A stretch of 62,964 nucleotides of DNA, counting the filler, from Pelomyxa schiedti (taxonomy: Eukaryota > Protista > Evosea), in the NCBI GenBank assembly GCA_020536535.1. It is 10 parts of 10 records of this genome, joined end to end, with 100 filler letters (N's around TTAATTAATTAA, not from the genome) between each part and the next. Parts side by side here need not be neighbours in the genome. Positions count along the whole stretch, not along the records: positions 1 to 12,918 come from JAHLWZ010000145.1; 9 more parts are not named here. One strand, 5' to 3'. Under the pieces are notes generated by a model. It saw only the letters and a program-made list of their open reading frames with translations, was not told where the DNA came from and did not search any database. Position 1 is the stretch's first letter; the number at the start of each line of letters is the position of its first letter. Below are positions 1 to 11,483 of this stretch, in pieces. The position numbers and the translations under genes were made by a program.

Positions 1-2936
1 CACCAGAGTGTTTGGTGCTAATTTCTGAATGTGTTGGTGAGATTGAACTGAACCATTGGGTTGATTTGAGTCTGACCTCGCAAAGACTTGTGAATCCCAC
101 AACATCCATGAACACAACCTTCAAAACGGTGTTGGGAAAAACCGAAGAGATTTTTTTGGACATACAGTGACAGAATGCCTCTCGAGATAAAGTGATGACA
201 TCTTATCGTCACCATCAAGCAGTTGGCGAACGACACCAGCTGAAACATATCTGTCGGGGTGAATGAATAATAAATAATTGACCAACGGGGGGCGCAGGAA
301 AAAAAAGGCACACACCGACTGAAAGCGTGAATTCCTTGTTTCATTGCCATGTAATCTCGGAGCATTGAGTGCAATTCGGTGAACACGCTCACTGTTCGTC
401 CGAGTGGTTTGAACCTCAACTTCGAGAGGTTTTGCATATCTGCAATGGTTATATCCAAGTCAAGTATAGATTTCCAGCCTACCTTTTGTGAGATGCCTCA
501 AGGGGATAACCAGCAACACTGCCAATACCACCGCCATGACAACACTGGCCACTACACTACAGGCAAATACAATAATGCTGACTCTGTTTCCGTCCTCAAT
601 GGTCTTCATCAATTCAGAGCTTGGAATGGCAGAAAATCCGCACCACACCCGTTGGCCAGCGGGGATATCTAATGGAGGATGAGTTTGATATATTAAGAAT
701 GCCTCATACGAGCGATTGCAATTGTGTAAGTACTCTCATTTACAGTCAGATGGAACTGATTCATCTCAGTTGTGTTCGCACAGCCTCCTTGTGCATCAAT
801 TGCCTGTGCAATGGCCGCAACCACAGCGTTGTCACTATTGTTTGCAAGCAGAGGCATATCCCGCAAAGCTGCCGAAATGGTTACTTCAACTTGTTGTACC
901 AGAAAATCCTACTTGTTGGATCGATTGTGACAACACTTCCATTGGAAGTTCCAAGAAGATAACCATCCTCAGTTGTGACATAAATCACATTCTTTCCTGC
1001 TGCAATCTATTGGCTAGTGTTAATAGACTAAAATTCCAAGAGGGCCCTGTACCTCACGAAGATTTTCAGACAGACCAGTCACAGTTTTTGCACCTTGAAC
1101 AACCCCAAGAAGTTTTCCACTTGGGCTCATATCTGTCACAGTGTGATGAGAGAAATGTCACCTGAAAGGAAAAAGAATCACACACAGGGATGATAAGATG
1201 AGATTGTGACAATCGGATTCTGGGCTGTCACAACNNNNNNNNNNNNNNNNNNNNNNNNNNNNNNNNNNNNNNNNNNNNNNNNNNNNNNNNNNNNNNNNNN
1301 NNNNNNNNNNNNNNNNNNNNNNNNNNNNNNNNNNTTTCCACTTGGGCTCATATCTGTCACAGTGTGATGAGAGAAATGTCACCTGAAAGGAAAAAGAATC
1401 ACACACAGGGATGATAAGATGAGATTGTGACAATCGGATTCTGGGCTGTCACAACCTGATTTGAGAGACAACAGTCAGCAAGAGAAGAGACAAAGATAGA
1501 AAGGGCAAAAAAAAACCTTTCCCCAGTTGGGAGTCCCACTCAACATGTTTGGGTAAACTCCATCACTGGTGACCTTTCCATATGAGGAATATGTCGTCTT
1601 CGCAACTGGTGACAGTCGGATTCCTTCTGTGTTCGTTGCTCCATCAACAAGGAAAAAGTTGAGTCCATCAGTGGAGTTGGTCTTGCGTGCACAATTTGCC
1701 TTTGTAAATTGAGAAAAATCATAACCAACAAGAGAGACCGTACAGCAGTCTGTGAATTGTTGTGGCTCGTACAGATCATTGTGAGGTTTGGTGAGCGAAG
1801 GTAAATAGAACCAATCCTAGAACGATATGAGGAAAAATCCGCGCAAATGAATCCACGTACAATGATGTGATAGCGAAGTGAACATATCTTGGCCGCAGTA
1901 CATTGACCCACTGTGGGTAATCATTCATATCAATGTTTCTAATGCGGATCCAGGCTACCTGTGATAAAAGTAACTACAGGAGCAGAAAATGAGAACAGCC
2001 CACCTCGGCAGCGAGGGAATTGTCCACCTCATTCACAATGCCACCTACAATGTCGTGCACATTTTTTGAGAGAGAGCTAACAAAGTTCTGTGAGATGGCA
2101 TTTATGCTGGTATCTGCCTTCTGATATGATGTAACCCATACAATGCTACACGGTGTCACCACAAGCAGAATCTAAACAACAGTTAAATGGGACCTCACCC
2201 ACGCAATCTATTTTTAACAAAAAAACATGGAGGGGAAGAAAAAAAAAAAATTCTCCCGCCAGGGAAGAAAGATCCACATCATTTTAAACACAACAAACAC
2301 AGATTCGAATAACTTTATAAATCGGGTTCATTTAAATTTATTAGATGAAATAGAAAAAGAGTGAGAGCGCGCGCGCCCGCGCACACACCGAAACCACGAT
2401 TAGCACCATACTGAACGGGATGGACAGGGTGCACGGGGCCTTGCCTCTCTTCACGCCGCTTATTCTCTTGGCCTCCCTCATGCTCGCGTCGTCGTCGCAC
2501 ACCTCCTGCTCGTACTCCCGGGCGAACACGCTCGGCGGGATCACGACCACCTTGAGGGCGCTGTTGCCGCTCGTGGTGCTGCTCCCCCCGTCGTCTACGA
2601 CCGCCGATGCGGGAAGGCCGCCAAAGTCCTCGTCGGCGTAGTCGTCTTCGCCTGGGGGATTGTGGGNNNNNNNNNNNNNNNNNNNNNNNNNNNNNNNNNN
2701 NNNNNNNNNNNNNNNNNNNNNNNNNNNNNNNNNNNNNNNNNNNNNNNNNNNNNNNNNNNNNNNNNNACCACCTTGAGGGCGCTGTTGCCGCTCGTGGTGC
2801 TGCTCCCCCCGTCGTCTACGACCGCCGATGCGGGAAGGCCGCCAAAGTCCTCGTCGGCGTAGTCGTCTTCGCCTGGGGGATTGTGGGTGTGGGCATTGTC
2901 GTCCGCCGGCTGGATTTTGTTGCTGCCTAGGGGCAT
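1..2936 (-). CDS. Membrane-bound class III adenylate/guanylate cyclase (TM-extracellular sensor-TM-HAMP-cyclase), multi-exon, 3' end outside the window
   Basis: Starts MPLGSNKIQP at 2936. TM1 (SIPFSMVLIVVS...LLVVTPCSIVW) and TM2 (VSIIVFACSVVASVVMAVVLAVLLVIPLRHL) are followed by a HAMP-like helix, then AFSRYVSAGVVRQLL...RHSVTV and VFMDVVGFTSLCE, the first metal-binding Asp motif of class III cyclases. Two 100-N gaps lie inside. Confidence 0.8.
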
Positions 2937-3331
2937 TGTATACAACTGATGATGGGATGGGAGGTTGCTGGTTTTGTTTTATTTGTGTTTGGTTAGTTTC
3001 CAGTTTTTATGAAGTTTTTCGTTGTGCCTCTTTCCTATTTTGTGTTTTCAGCAACGAAAGCGAAGAAGGTTTTTTCTCGGATATAACAAAGATCTTATGA
3101 AGGTCGACAACGTTCGACGGATCAGCTCAGTGAACTCGACGAACCAAAATGCCTTTTCATCACTCCGTCGTTCTCTGATTGTGACGGAGGCTGATTGAGT
3201 GATTACAGGTATAAATGTAAACTGGTGACCTGTTGTTGTCAGTAGCGCACTGGAGAGGAAGTTTCCTTTTGCTGGAAGAATCCCAGCTGGGATTGAGATG
3301 GTAGTGATGAAAGAACACAAAAAAAAATCCA

Positions 3332-4790
3332 ATGGATCTCGTGAAATGGGAAGAGATGGTGCGGCAGTGTCACGTGTTGCCGATGGAAGATCTATGCAAA
3401 TTGTGCGAGAGGGTACGTTGCTCTCTTTTTGTTGTTTCATTTCGTTTTCCTCCTTTTTGTTGTTTCGTTTCGTTCGGTTTCGGTTTTTGTTTGCCAACAA
3501 CCGAAAAAAAAAATCCTTATCTGTTATACAATGCATATTTATTTACGTTGTTGTTAGGCTAAAGAAATCCTGCTTGAAGAGTGTAACGTGCAACCTGTAT
3601 CGTCACCTGTAACGGCATGTCCCGCCCGAATTTTCCACGCTAATTTGCCTCGTTTTAATTTAATATTCCTAGATATGTGGGGATATACATGGACAGTTCT
3701 GGGATCTTCTCAAGTTATTTGCTACTGGGGGTGAGCTTCCAGAGACCAAGTACATCTTCATGGTTGAGCTCATACATTGTGCAGCACCCACTTACACAGC
3801 GTAGGGCGACTACGTGGACCGTGGATACCACAGCTTGGAAACTTTCACTCTTCTCGTGCTTCTGAAAGTTAGGTATGCCCGATAAACTGGTTTCCTCCAT
3901 GCACTTAATTCCCGGCGGTAATAAGGTACCCTGATCGAATAACTTTACTTCGTGGCAACCATGAGAGCAAGCAAATCACACAAGTGTACGGTTTTTATGA
4001 GGAGTGTGTACAAAAATATGGCAACGGACTCCCATACCGTTGGTGCACGCAGGTGTTTGATCTTCTCACTGTAGCTGCGGTTAGTTATCTCCATTTCCTT
4101 CATTCCACTGAGCCCTACCTAAGATTGTTGATGGAAAGATCTTGTGTGTTCATGGTGGACTATCACCTGGTAGTAAAATGCAAATGACCGGTTAGAAAAT
4201 TAAAATTTCTCCAGATATCAGGACAATAGATCAAATCCGCGCCAACATCAAGCGGAACCAAGAAATACCACAGGAGGGCCCCTTCTGTGGTGTGCCAACT
4301 CTGTCAAACTATCAACTGGTTCCAACATAAATTTTTAGACCTCATGTGGTCCGATCCAGAGGAAGCTATTGACGGCATGGTCATCAGCCCTAGAGGAGCT
4401 GGGTGCCTATTTGGTGCCAATGTCACAAAAGAGGTTACCACTTTCAAGTGCTCTTCAATTATCAACTCACTCGCACAGTTCAACGTCGTGAATAACCTCG
4501 AGCTCATATGCCGTGCTCATCAGCTTGTACAAGAGGGCTATAAATACAGCTTTGCTCCAGACAACACTCTTGTGACCGTTTGGTCCGCCCCGAACTACTG
4601 CTACAGGTTAAACAAAACAAAATTCCTTCCTCCAAATAACTACTTTAACGTACTCTGCAGGTGTGGTAATGTTGCCGCTGTACTCGCACTCGACTCTAGC
4701 CGCCAGCGGGACTTCAAGATATTCGAAGCAGTACCTGAGTCCGACCACCCAATTCCGCCTCAACGCACAACCATTCCCTACTTCTTGTAA
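3332..4790 (+). CDS. PPP6C: Ser/Thr protein phosphatase 6 (Sit4-like) catalytic subunit, multi-exon
   Basis: Spliced motifs CGDIHGQ, GDYVDRG, LRGNHE, HGGLSP, DLMWSDP, RAHQL and [11 protein letters not shown]. The C-terminus TIPYFL fits PP6 better than PP2A/PP4 (DYFL). Confidence 0.9.
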
Positions 4791-4916
4791 TCAACAAACA
4801 AACCCACCAACCCGCCAATCCATGGTATGGCAACCTGCACACAATGCAAGAAAAACTCAACGGCTTACAACAAGCCAGCAGGAAAATACCTCCCGCAGAA
4901 TCATCATTCACCTTTT

Positions 4917-5240
4917 TTAAGTAAAATACAAAAATTGTTTGTTGCTTTGGGTAGAATGGGATAGTGTACAATCACAGGATGTTGCAACCTCCGTCCTTCT
5001 TCTTTGTACTGCTTGGGTACACAACCATACTGATGGCTTGGCTTCGGGGCAGTGCTGCGTGACTTCGGGCAACCACTTTTCTCCAAAATGATAAATATCC
5101 CACACTTCAGGCCGTACACTCGGATGTTTAGTACAAACAGTCTTCTCGTCAACCATTACTTGAGCAGGGTAATTACCAAACGCAGCTGGGATGTACTCCA
5201 TTGACTGACAAGGGGAGACTCATCATGCTTGCTTTTCCGG
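4917..5240 (-). pseudogene. Decayed Rac/Rho GTPase fragment
   Basis: EYIPAAFGNYPAQVMVDEKTV resembles Rac [21 protein letters not shown], and KWLPEVTQHCP resembles KWYPEVRHHCP. The WDTAGQ core and an intact P-loop are missing. Confidence 0.7.
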
Positions 5241-5619
5241 GAACAATGGGATGGGAACTCCCTAATTCAGTGGAAGCACCACCGTACTTGGGATTCACTC
5301 TGCAGGTGCCACACCGCAAAGAGTGCCAACAGGGAAGAAAAGCAGATCTTCAACCTTTGGCAAGATAACCGCTGGTTCATTTCGGGAAACGTGGTTTTGA
5401 TAAATAATCGATGCGGTACGTTGGCTGGGGGACCCACGTGGGTTTTTCGTTTTGCCCACTGACCGCGAAATAATAATATGGTACGACGCCCTCTTGGGGG
5501 ATTTCCCCGCCGCATTAATTGTTCGAAATAAAACAAAAAAAAAAAAAAAAGCAACGCCCGTTGCTGGCACAACGTGTTTTTAAACAACGACAACGACAAC
5601 TACTACTACATCTACTACG

Positions 5620-8600
5620 ATGGGGAGTGCACGAGATCTGCGTAACAACAAAGTTGAACCCATGTCAGAGTATGCTTGTTGTTCGTTTGTAGTTCTCTGT
5701 TTCTATTTATTTGATGATGGAATGACAGGGCCGACGTCGTTATTGGCGATCCTCTCAATTCAACGCGATTCCGTGGCGGAATCCCACTAAAGAAATATGT
5801 GTGTTTATCTTGCTTTTTTTTTTTTTCCCCAAATTGTTTTCTTAACTGCTTAAGTTGTGTAAACAACTCATATGTGGCCTTGTTACCCCTGTTATTGGGA
5901 TAAGCGTATTTGTTATGGCTCTGATGATCACTTTTGTTGTAGTATTTACCAAGGGTACCGTGGCGGATCTCAAGCAAGTGGCAAGAGAGTCTCTGGGAGT
6001 TCTTGCAACCAAATCTGCAGCCGAAATCAACGAACGCTTTGCTAGTATAGCAACTCTCAGTTTGGTACTTCGAGACAACGTGGAGTATTCATTGGAACAC
6101 GACAGAAACCCCACATCTGCAGAACTGGCGTCGTATGATTCAACTCCGGCTTTCTCTTGCCTCATGCATCTTTAGATATGGCCCTTCCCCATTGCACCCA
6201 AGTGTATATTGCACGACGTACAACTATGGTGGAGCTGCTATTTACATTCCTGGATATTCTGGAGTATGTTTCTTTCTCTTCTCTTTAAAATTAAGTCTTC
6301 CACAGTCTGTCACTGACAATGCCACGATTGAGAAGTACGTCTGGCGCACGGCGTACGCAGATCAAATTCTTCAACAGCTTTGCCAGAATGACCCGATGAT
6401 TGTTCAAACATGGATCATCACGTGCGCTTCTTTTTTCGCCTTCTGAGACTGTTCATTGACTATCTCAGACACACAGATGTCACCCGTTTGTATCCCTTCA
6501 TTCCATTACACGAAATCATGGGACCTGATGTATACGTGACCACAAGCATTGTTTACACAATTGTTGACAACAAGAACAATCCCTCTCGTACTGTGCAATG
6601 GTATTTTTCCCGTCGTTTGGATTATCTTTTTTACTCATGATCAGGACTCCACCGTATGTGGATTATGTTGGTACACCTTACTTTCCCGTTTTTCCAGTTT
6701 ATCACGCACTTACCATGTGTACCAGGAAGTGGTTGGACAGTGTCGTGCATCTCACCAGCAGATGTTTCTTCTGTGATGGAAGTAAGTAGCCGCCTTATTT
6801 CCTAAAAGCGAATGAACGTAACCTCGGCCACAGGCTTCGTGTGGAATTGATATCACAACTGGCATAATTGTCGACAAAGTGCTGAACCTTGAGATTCTGT
6901 GGGGTGGATATGCAGTATTACTGGATGGGCAGGGTGTTGTCCTTGCACTGCCTGAAAAGGGGAGGTACAGTAGAAGGACTCAGTTGCCAAGCATTTCTTT
7001 CAAGTAACTCACGCTGTCACAGAAATCAATGGAGACTTCACGGTAACAACTCTTACAGGTACCTTCCATTATTCAGATGACTTCTAACACAACTGCAGTC
7101 AGATCATTCTCACGGATACGTTTCAAAATGATGACTGGAATGTAAACAAACGAAATGACACACAAGCTATTGCACAGGCTCTCACTCTCCCTGATGGTGT
7201 TAAAGTGGTGGATTTCAATGGCGTGACCACAGTTTGCGTGAAGCAAGTGTTGTTCTCCGGGTTTAACAAATGGATAGGTTATGGCTTGGAGCGAGATTAC
7301 TGAAACTTCTTGGCATTTGCTCATCTTTGTGTCTCAAGATGACTTGTATGCTGAAGCTTATTCTCGAAGGAGGTCTGAGCCTAGTTCACTCAAAGAAAAT
7401 GTTAATGTTTGTCAGGTTCCTCATTTGGCTCTCTTGCCTATTTGCCGTTTTAATGTCAACTGTTCTTGCAGCGCTAATGTATATCGTTATCAACGGCATA
7501 CATAGTAAATGTTTACAGGGTCTGGGTCTATCGACAAAACCGAAAAATGAGTCAAGAAGTATCAGGGCCCCTTCTAGATATTGATGAAATGATTAGTACA
7601 ATAAATCATGGGCAGTATGTCTTGGATCCTCCCTCGTTCCACGTCCGCGAATTTACCCGCACTGCCCTATTTCTGGTACTCTCTCTCATTGGGAGTTAAC
7701 TGTTACCGGATTTTATTCTCCCTTCCAGTCATCCATGGCATCGCAGTTAAATAAAATGGTGTCGAACCTTGAGGCATTGAACAATTCCTATTCAAGATTT
7801 CTGCCACAAAAATGTTTGGATCAATTGGGTAAACCAAGTGTTTTACAAGTGAACAAAGGGGATGCCATTGGTATACCGCCTTTATTTTACCCTGTCTTAC
7901 TTGCTCCCAGAAATGAATATGACAATTATGTTTGCTGGTACTCATTCTGATCTTTTCATACCTGAATATTCAATTTATTTGAACCAGATATTCGGAATTT
8001 CACCAACATTGCTGAAAAACTGTCCCCTGAATTGACGTTCAAACTCGTAAATAAATATGCAAATGAAGTAAATCCTATCATCGTCAACCACAAAGGATTT
8101 GTTGGTGTGCTCCTCTCACTTATTTCTCACCCTGATAATTTGTGAAGATAAATACTTGGGTGATGCCGTCATGGCACTCTTTCCAGTTCCGTCCTCTCAT
8201 GCGGTGTTATGTGCCATTGAGATGCAAGAACAGGTTATTTGCAATACACTCCTTGCTCTAACTCTTACAAGCTCGCCATATTGAGGCACTCGTCTGAAAT
8301 GCCGGCACTTAGTATGCTGAACATTGGAATTGGGGTTCACACAGGAAAAGTGATTCTTGGGACGATAGGTGATGACCACCGGATGGATGTAACCGGTATC
8401 CGGAGATCCATTTACGAGTTTCTCACCCAAGTCTTTATCCTCCAGTGATATCGGACGCAGTGAATACAGCCTCGAGACTTGAGAACCTGACCAAGCTTTT
8501 TCAAGCACACATATTAACATCATATGACTCCATTAAGGTGCCGTTACCCCCCTGCCCCATAGTTACTAACTACAAAATTTCAGGAACTTGATGACACTGG

Positions 8601-9119
8601 TTTCACGCACCACCGGTACATTGGACAGATGCGAGTCAAAGGAAAAGACATACCAATGCTAATACACGAGGTGTCTAACAATATTCTTCCAAACGTGAAC
8701 TCATCTTACTCCAGGTTCTTGACAATGCCGATCCGCTTTTCGAAATCAAGCACGCAACCCGCGACGAACTCAAGTCCGCCATATCTGACTACGAAGTCGG
8801 GGAATTCAGTTCATGCCTCAACAAGCTCAATTCCCTCCTCTGCATAAACAAAAACATCAATCCCAACACCAACTACAACAGCTACAACGATGAACACATC
8901 CCCGGCTCCACAGCCAGTACGCCATGCCCAACACCCAAGACCAGCAAGAGCAGCCAGCTCAGCGACCCATTCGTGATACACACACAACCCGCATCCCCAA
9001 CACAGGATCCAGTGTGCCTGGTGTACCACCGCACCTGCGCGAAGTACCTGGAACAAGGACCACCAAAGTCATGGGACCACGTATCACCCCTCACACTCGA
9101 CTTTACTGACAAGTTCTAA
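5620..9119 (+). CDS. Bacterial-like receptor adenylate cyclase (TM-Cache-like-TM-HAMP-like-class III cyclase), many short introns
   Basis: Starts MGSARDLRNNKVEP. TM LICGLVTPVIGISVFVMALMITFVVVF; Cache-like RLYPF...NPSRTVQWTPPYVDYVG; then YSRFLPQ, FADIRNFT, DKYLGDAVMALF, IGIGVHTG and RMDVTVISDAVNTASRLE. C-terminus DPVCLVYHRTCAKYLEQGPPKSWD...DKF*. Confidence 0.88.
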
Positions 9120-9189
9120 CAACAAACAACCCCTTTGTTTAATTTTCCAGCCTTGTTTTCTTTTGAAATCAGACAAGAGAGAAGACCGG

Positions 9190-9455
9190 TGGTCACTTGG
9201 AAATAGCCAAGGCACTGGTGGATGGTGGTCGCTGGCCCAGTGGGTTTGTGTGGCCAACACTGAGTCAGGGTGAGTTTGACCTCAGGGACCACCTCACAAT
9301 CACCAGGCTCCTCGATTCGAATGACTTTGCAACATCAACAACCAAGCTGACAAGCACTTCTTGTTTGGTTTGTGAGTAAGCACAAACACAATCTCTGAAA
9401 CGAGGAACTGCATGGCTCACCGTTCCATGTGTTCAACACACATCGCCCGCCTGTC
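9190..9455 (+). pseudogene. Relic fragments of two expanded gene families
   Basis: LEIAKALVDGGRWPSGFVWP resembles LDSARRFVDEGAPWGSLLWP (gene at 43220). The DNA at about 9416-9453 nearly matches the 3' end of the gene ending at 12740. Confidence 0.5.
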
Positions 9456-9544
9456 TTTGATACATACTCGTGTGTGCCTCCCAATGATCAAAAACAAGAA
9501 AGGACCTTCTTTCTTGAAAATTGATCAACCAACGATACTGAGAG

Positions 9545-10488
9545 ATGGACGCTCACAACCACACAACCACGACGATGCGGGGGGTGGTGTCGTTCTTGTG
9601 TGGGTGGAGGGAGAGGACTGGCGCCGGTACCGTGATGGCCCGATTGGGTGTGCCCGCTGATGTCGCCAGAATCATTGTTGAGTTGCTGATCGGTTAGTTC
9701 GTTCGTTCTTCATTGTGGGATTTTATGAGCCCCTGTGTTCTTTGCTTGTGCAGACACTAATGAGTTACCTATCAGGATTTGTTCCAGTGTATGAGGGTGG
9801 AACGTGGAAGACAATTGGGTGGGGTGTGGAAATGAATGGTGATGTGGTCACATGGATTGGTGTTCACACAGGCACCAGTGGGAAATGTGGAAGCTCTGTT
9901 GGTGGGAGGATTGCGTGGCTTGAACCTTCACTTCAACAAGTCGCAGGGCCTTGTGGGAGAGTGTACTGGGCATTCGACCTTTTGAAGCACACAAGGGGTG
10001 CCTGCCAGGTTCTCTTTTACACATCAACTAATCCACATGTGGAATTGTCAGGTTCAGTTCTTTTGCTCATTCCTTTGCAGGAAGGAGTTGGTGCATGCTC
10101 GTCACTCCCAGAACTTGACTTGCAGAGCTCTTTTGATAATTCTGGGCGCCATGGTGTCTTCTATCCAGTTACATGTGACGCCCTCCATCAATTAGCCCAG
10201 GTGGTGTCATTTGGTGTGTCAATTTCACAGTTTTCAACCAAGGTCAATGGAATGACTCAAAGAAAGTGCAATGAGTTCTCAGAGTCAGAACAAGTCTCCT
10301 TCCTGCTTGAATTCACACCAGACAAGAAGCGAGGCAGGGTGACAGTGTTCAGGAACCTCATGCACATTGCCACCTTTGACAACGTGGACACATCCCTCCC
10401 CATCTTCCCCACTGTGAACATGTGCTGCCGTGAGGCACAATACTTGTTTGTGAGGAACCCTCGTCTTCCCAGTCTTCTTTCCCCTTGA
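9545..10488 (+). CDS. Hypothetical protein: family N-terminal module plus SPRY/B30.2-like C-terminus
   Basis: Exon 1 is MDAHNHTTTTMRGVVSFLCGWRERTGAG...VPADVARIIVELLI, followed by one intron. The C-terminus VSFLLEFTPDKKRGRVTVFRN...LPIFPTVNM is SPRY-like. Confidence 0.6.
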
Positions 10489-10527
10489 TGATTTATTGCC
10501 TTTAATCCAAGAAAGAAGCCACAAGTG

Positions 10528-10860
10528 ATGTCAAAACAACAACACCCACAACTGTGGCCACAACAACAAATTGGGAACCATTCCAGATCCTCTTGGACCA
10601 GTGACGCTCAGGCCCAGTTCATCACCCTGGGTGTGTTGGTGAGCCAGTGCAGGAAGCGCAGCCCCCTCACCACTCTCCCACTTCAGCCACCACTGGGTCC
10701 TGCCTCCCAGTGGCAAATACCTGATTCCCCAAGGATGTCTGTTCCCCCTGTCCAATTCAATTGGTAACCTTGATGCTGTGAAGTGGCTGGTATTCTGTTT
10801 TTGCTATTCCACAATAAGAGGTTCTGTGAGTGGTGTTCATCCCAATGAGGATAGCTTGCA
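10528..10860 (+). pseudogene. Truncated member of the expanded family (N-terminal module only)
   Basis: DAQAQFITLGVLVSQCRKRSP matches the family motif. The ORF stops early and is followed by a dispersed repeat. Confidence 0.45.
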
Positions 10861-10868
10861 CTGGAGGG

Positions 10869-11258
10869 TGTGTACTTCCACAAAGTACACGAACTCGGCC
10901 TTGCTCGCGAGGCTCTGAAGTCTGGCGCACTTTAGCGGGATTATTGGAGAGACTGAGGACTGAGCCGAATCTGGACTATTACCAGAATGAGACAGCGAAG
11001 GTAATGATCAGCACACAGCGCAGCTGGGCACACAAATACAGCAACAAGAACGCGGCAGGCGGTTTTGATTACATGAGAATCCATTTGAACATCGCAGCCT
11101 TTTAACCCAATCGCACAACCACTCTGCGAGATTTTACACACTCCCTTTTTATCCCCTTACAACAATGAACAAACAAACAAGAGAACCCTTTATTCTCTTC
11201 ACTCTCACTCGTTTTCTTCCTCTGTGGGACTTATTCTCAAGCCCACAGAAGCTAACAA
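10869..11258 (+). repeat. Dispersed repeat, copy 1
   Basis: High identity to the reverse complement of 57307-57711. Its 3' part also matches 55070-55187. Confidence 0.9.
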
Positions 11259-11483
11259 CTTTACATTCTCTCAAGAAATTTGCAATTCTCCCCCAGTGCC
11301 ACTTCATCACAACCAATGCTGAGCTCGGAAGTGGGTTTTGGACTGTGGCCCTCGCAGTGGCATCAAATTGGGGTGCCCTAACTTGTCAAATGCTTGTAAC
11401 AGAAAGCGCTTCCTGAGGGTGAAAGCACCCAAATTGTCTGAGTTTGCCAGTAAAATGTGGGCCTTGAACAAGCGGTTGCAAGA

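Noticed and set aside
1114-1455. Direct repeats of about 121 bp flanking 100-N gaps (also 2546-2887, about 45328-45669 and about 60511-60852)
   Set aside because: The same length recurs around gaps, and collapsing them restores the reading frame where checked. This is an assembler overlap artefact, not LTRs or TSDs.
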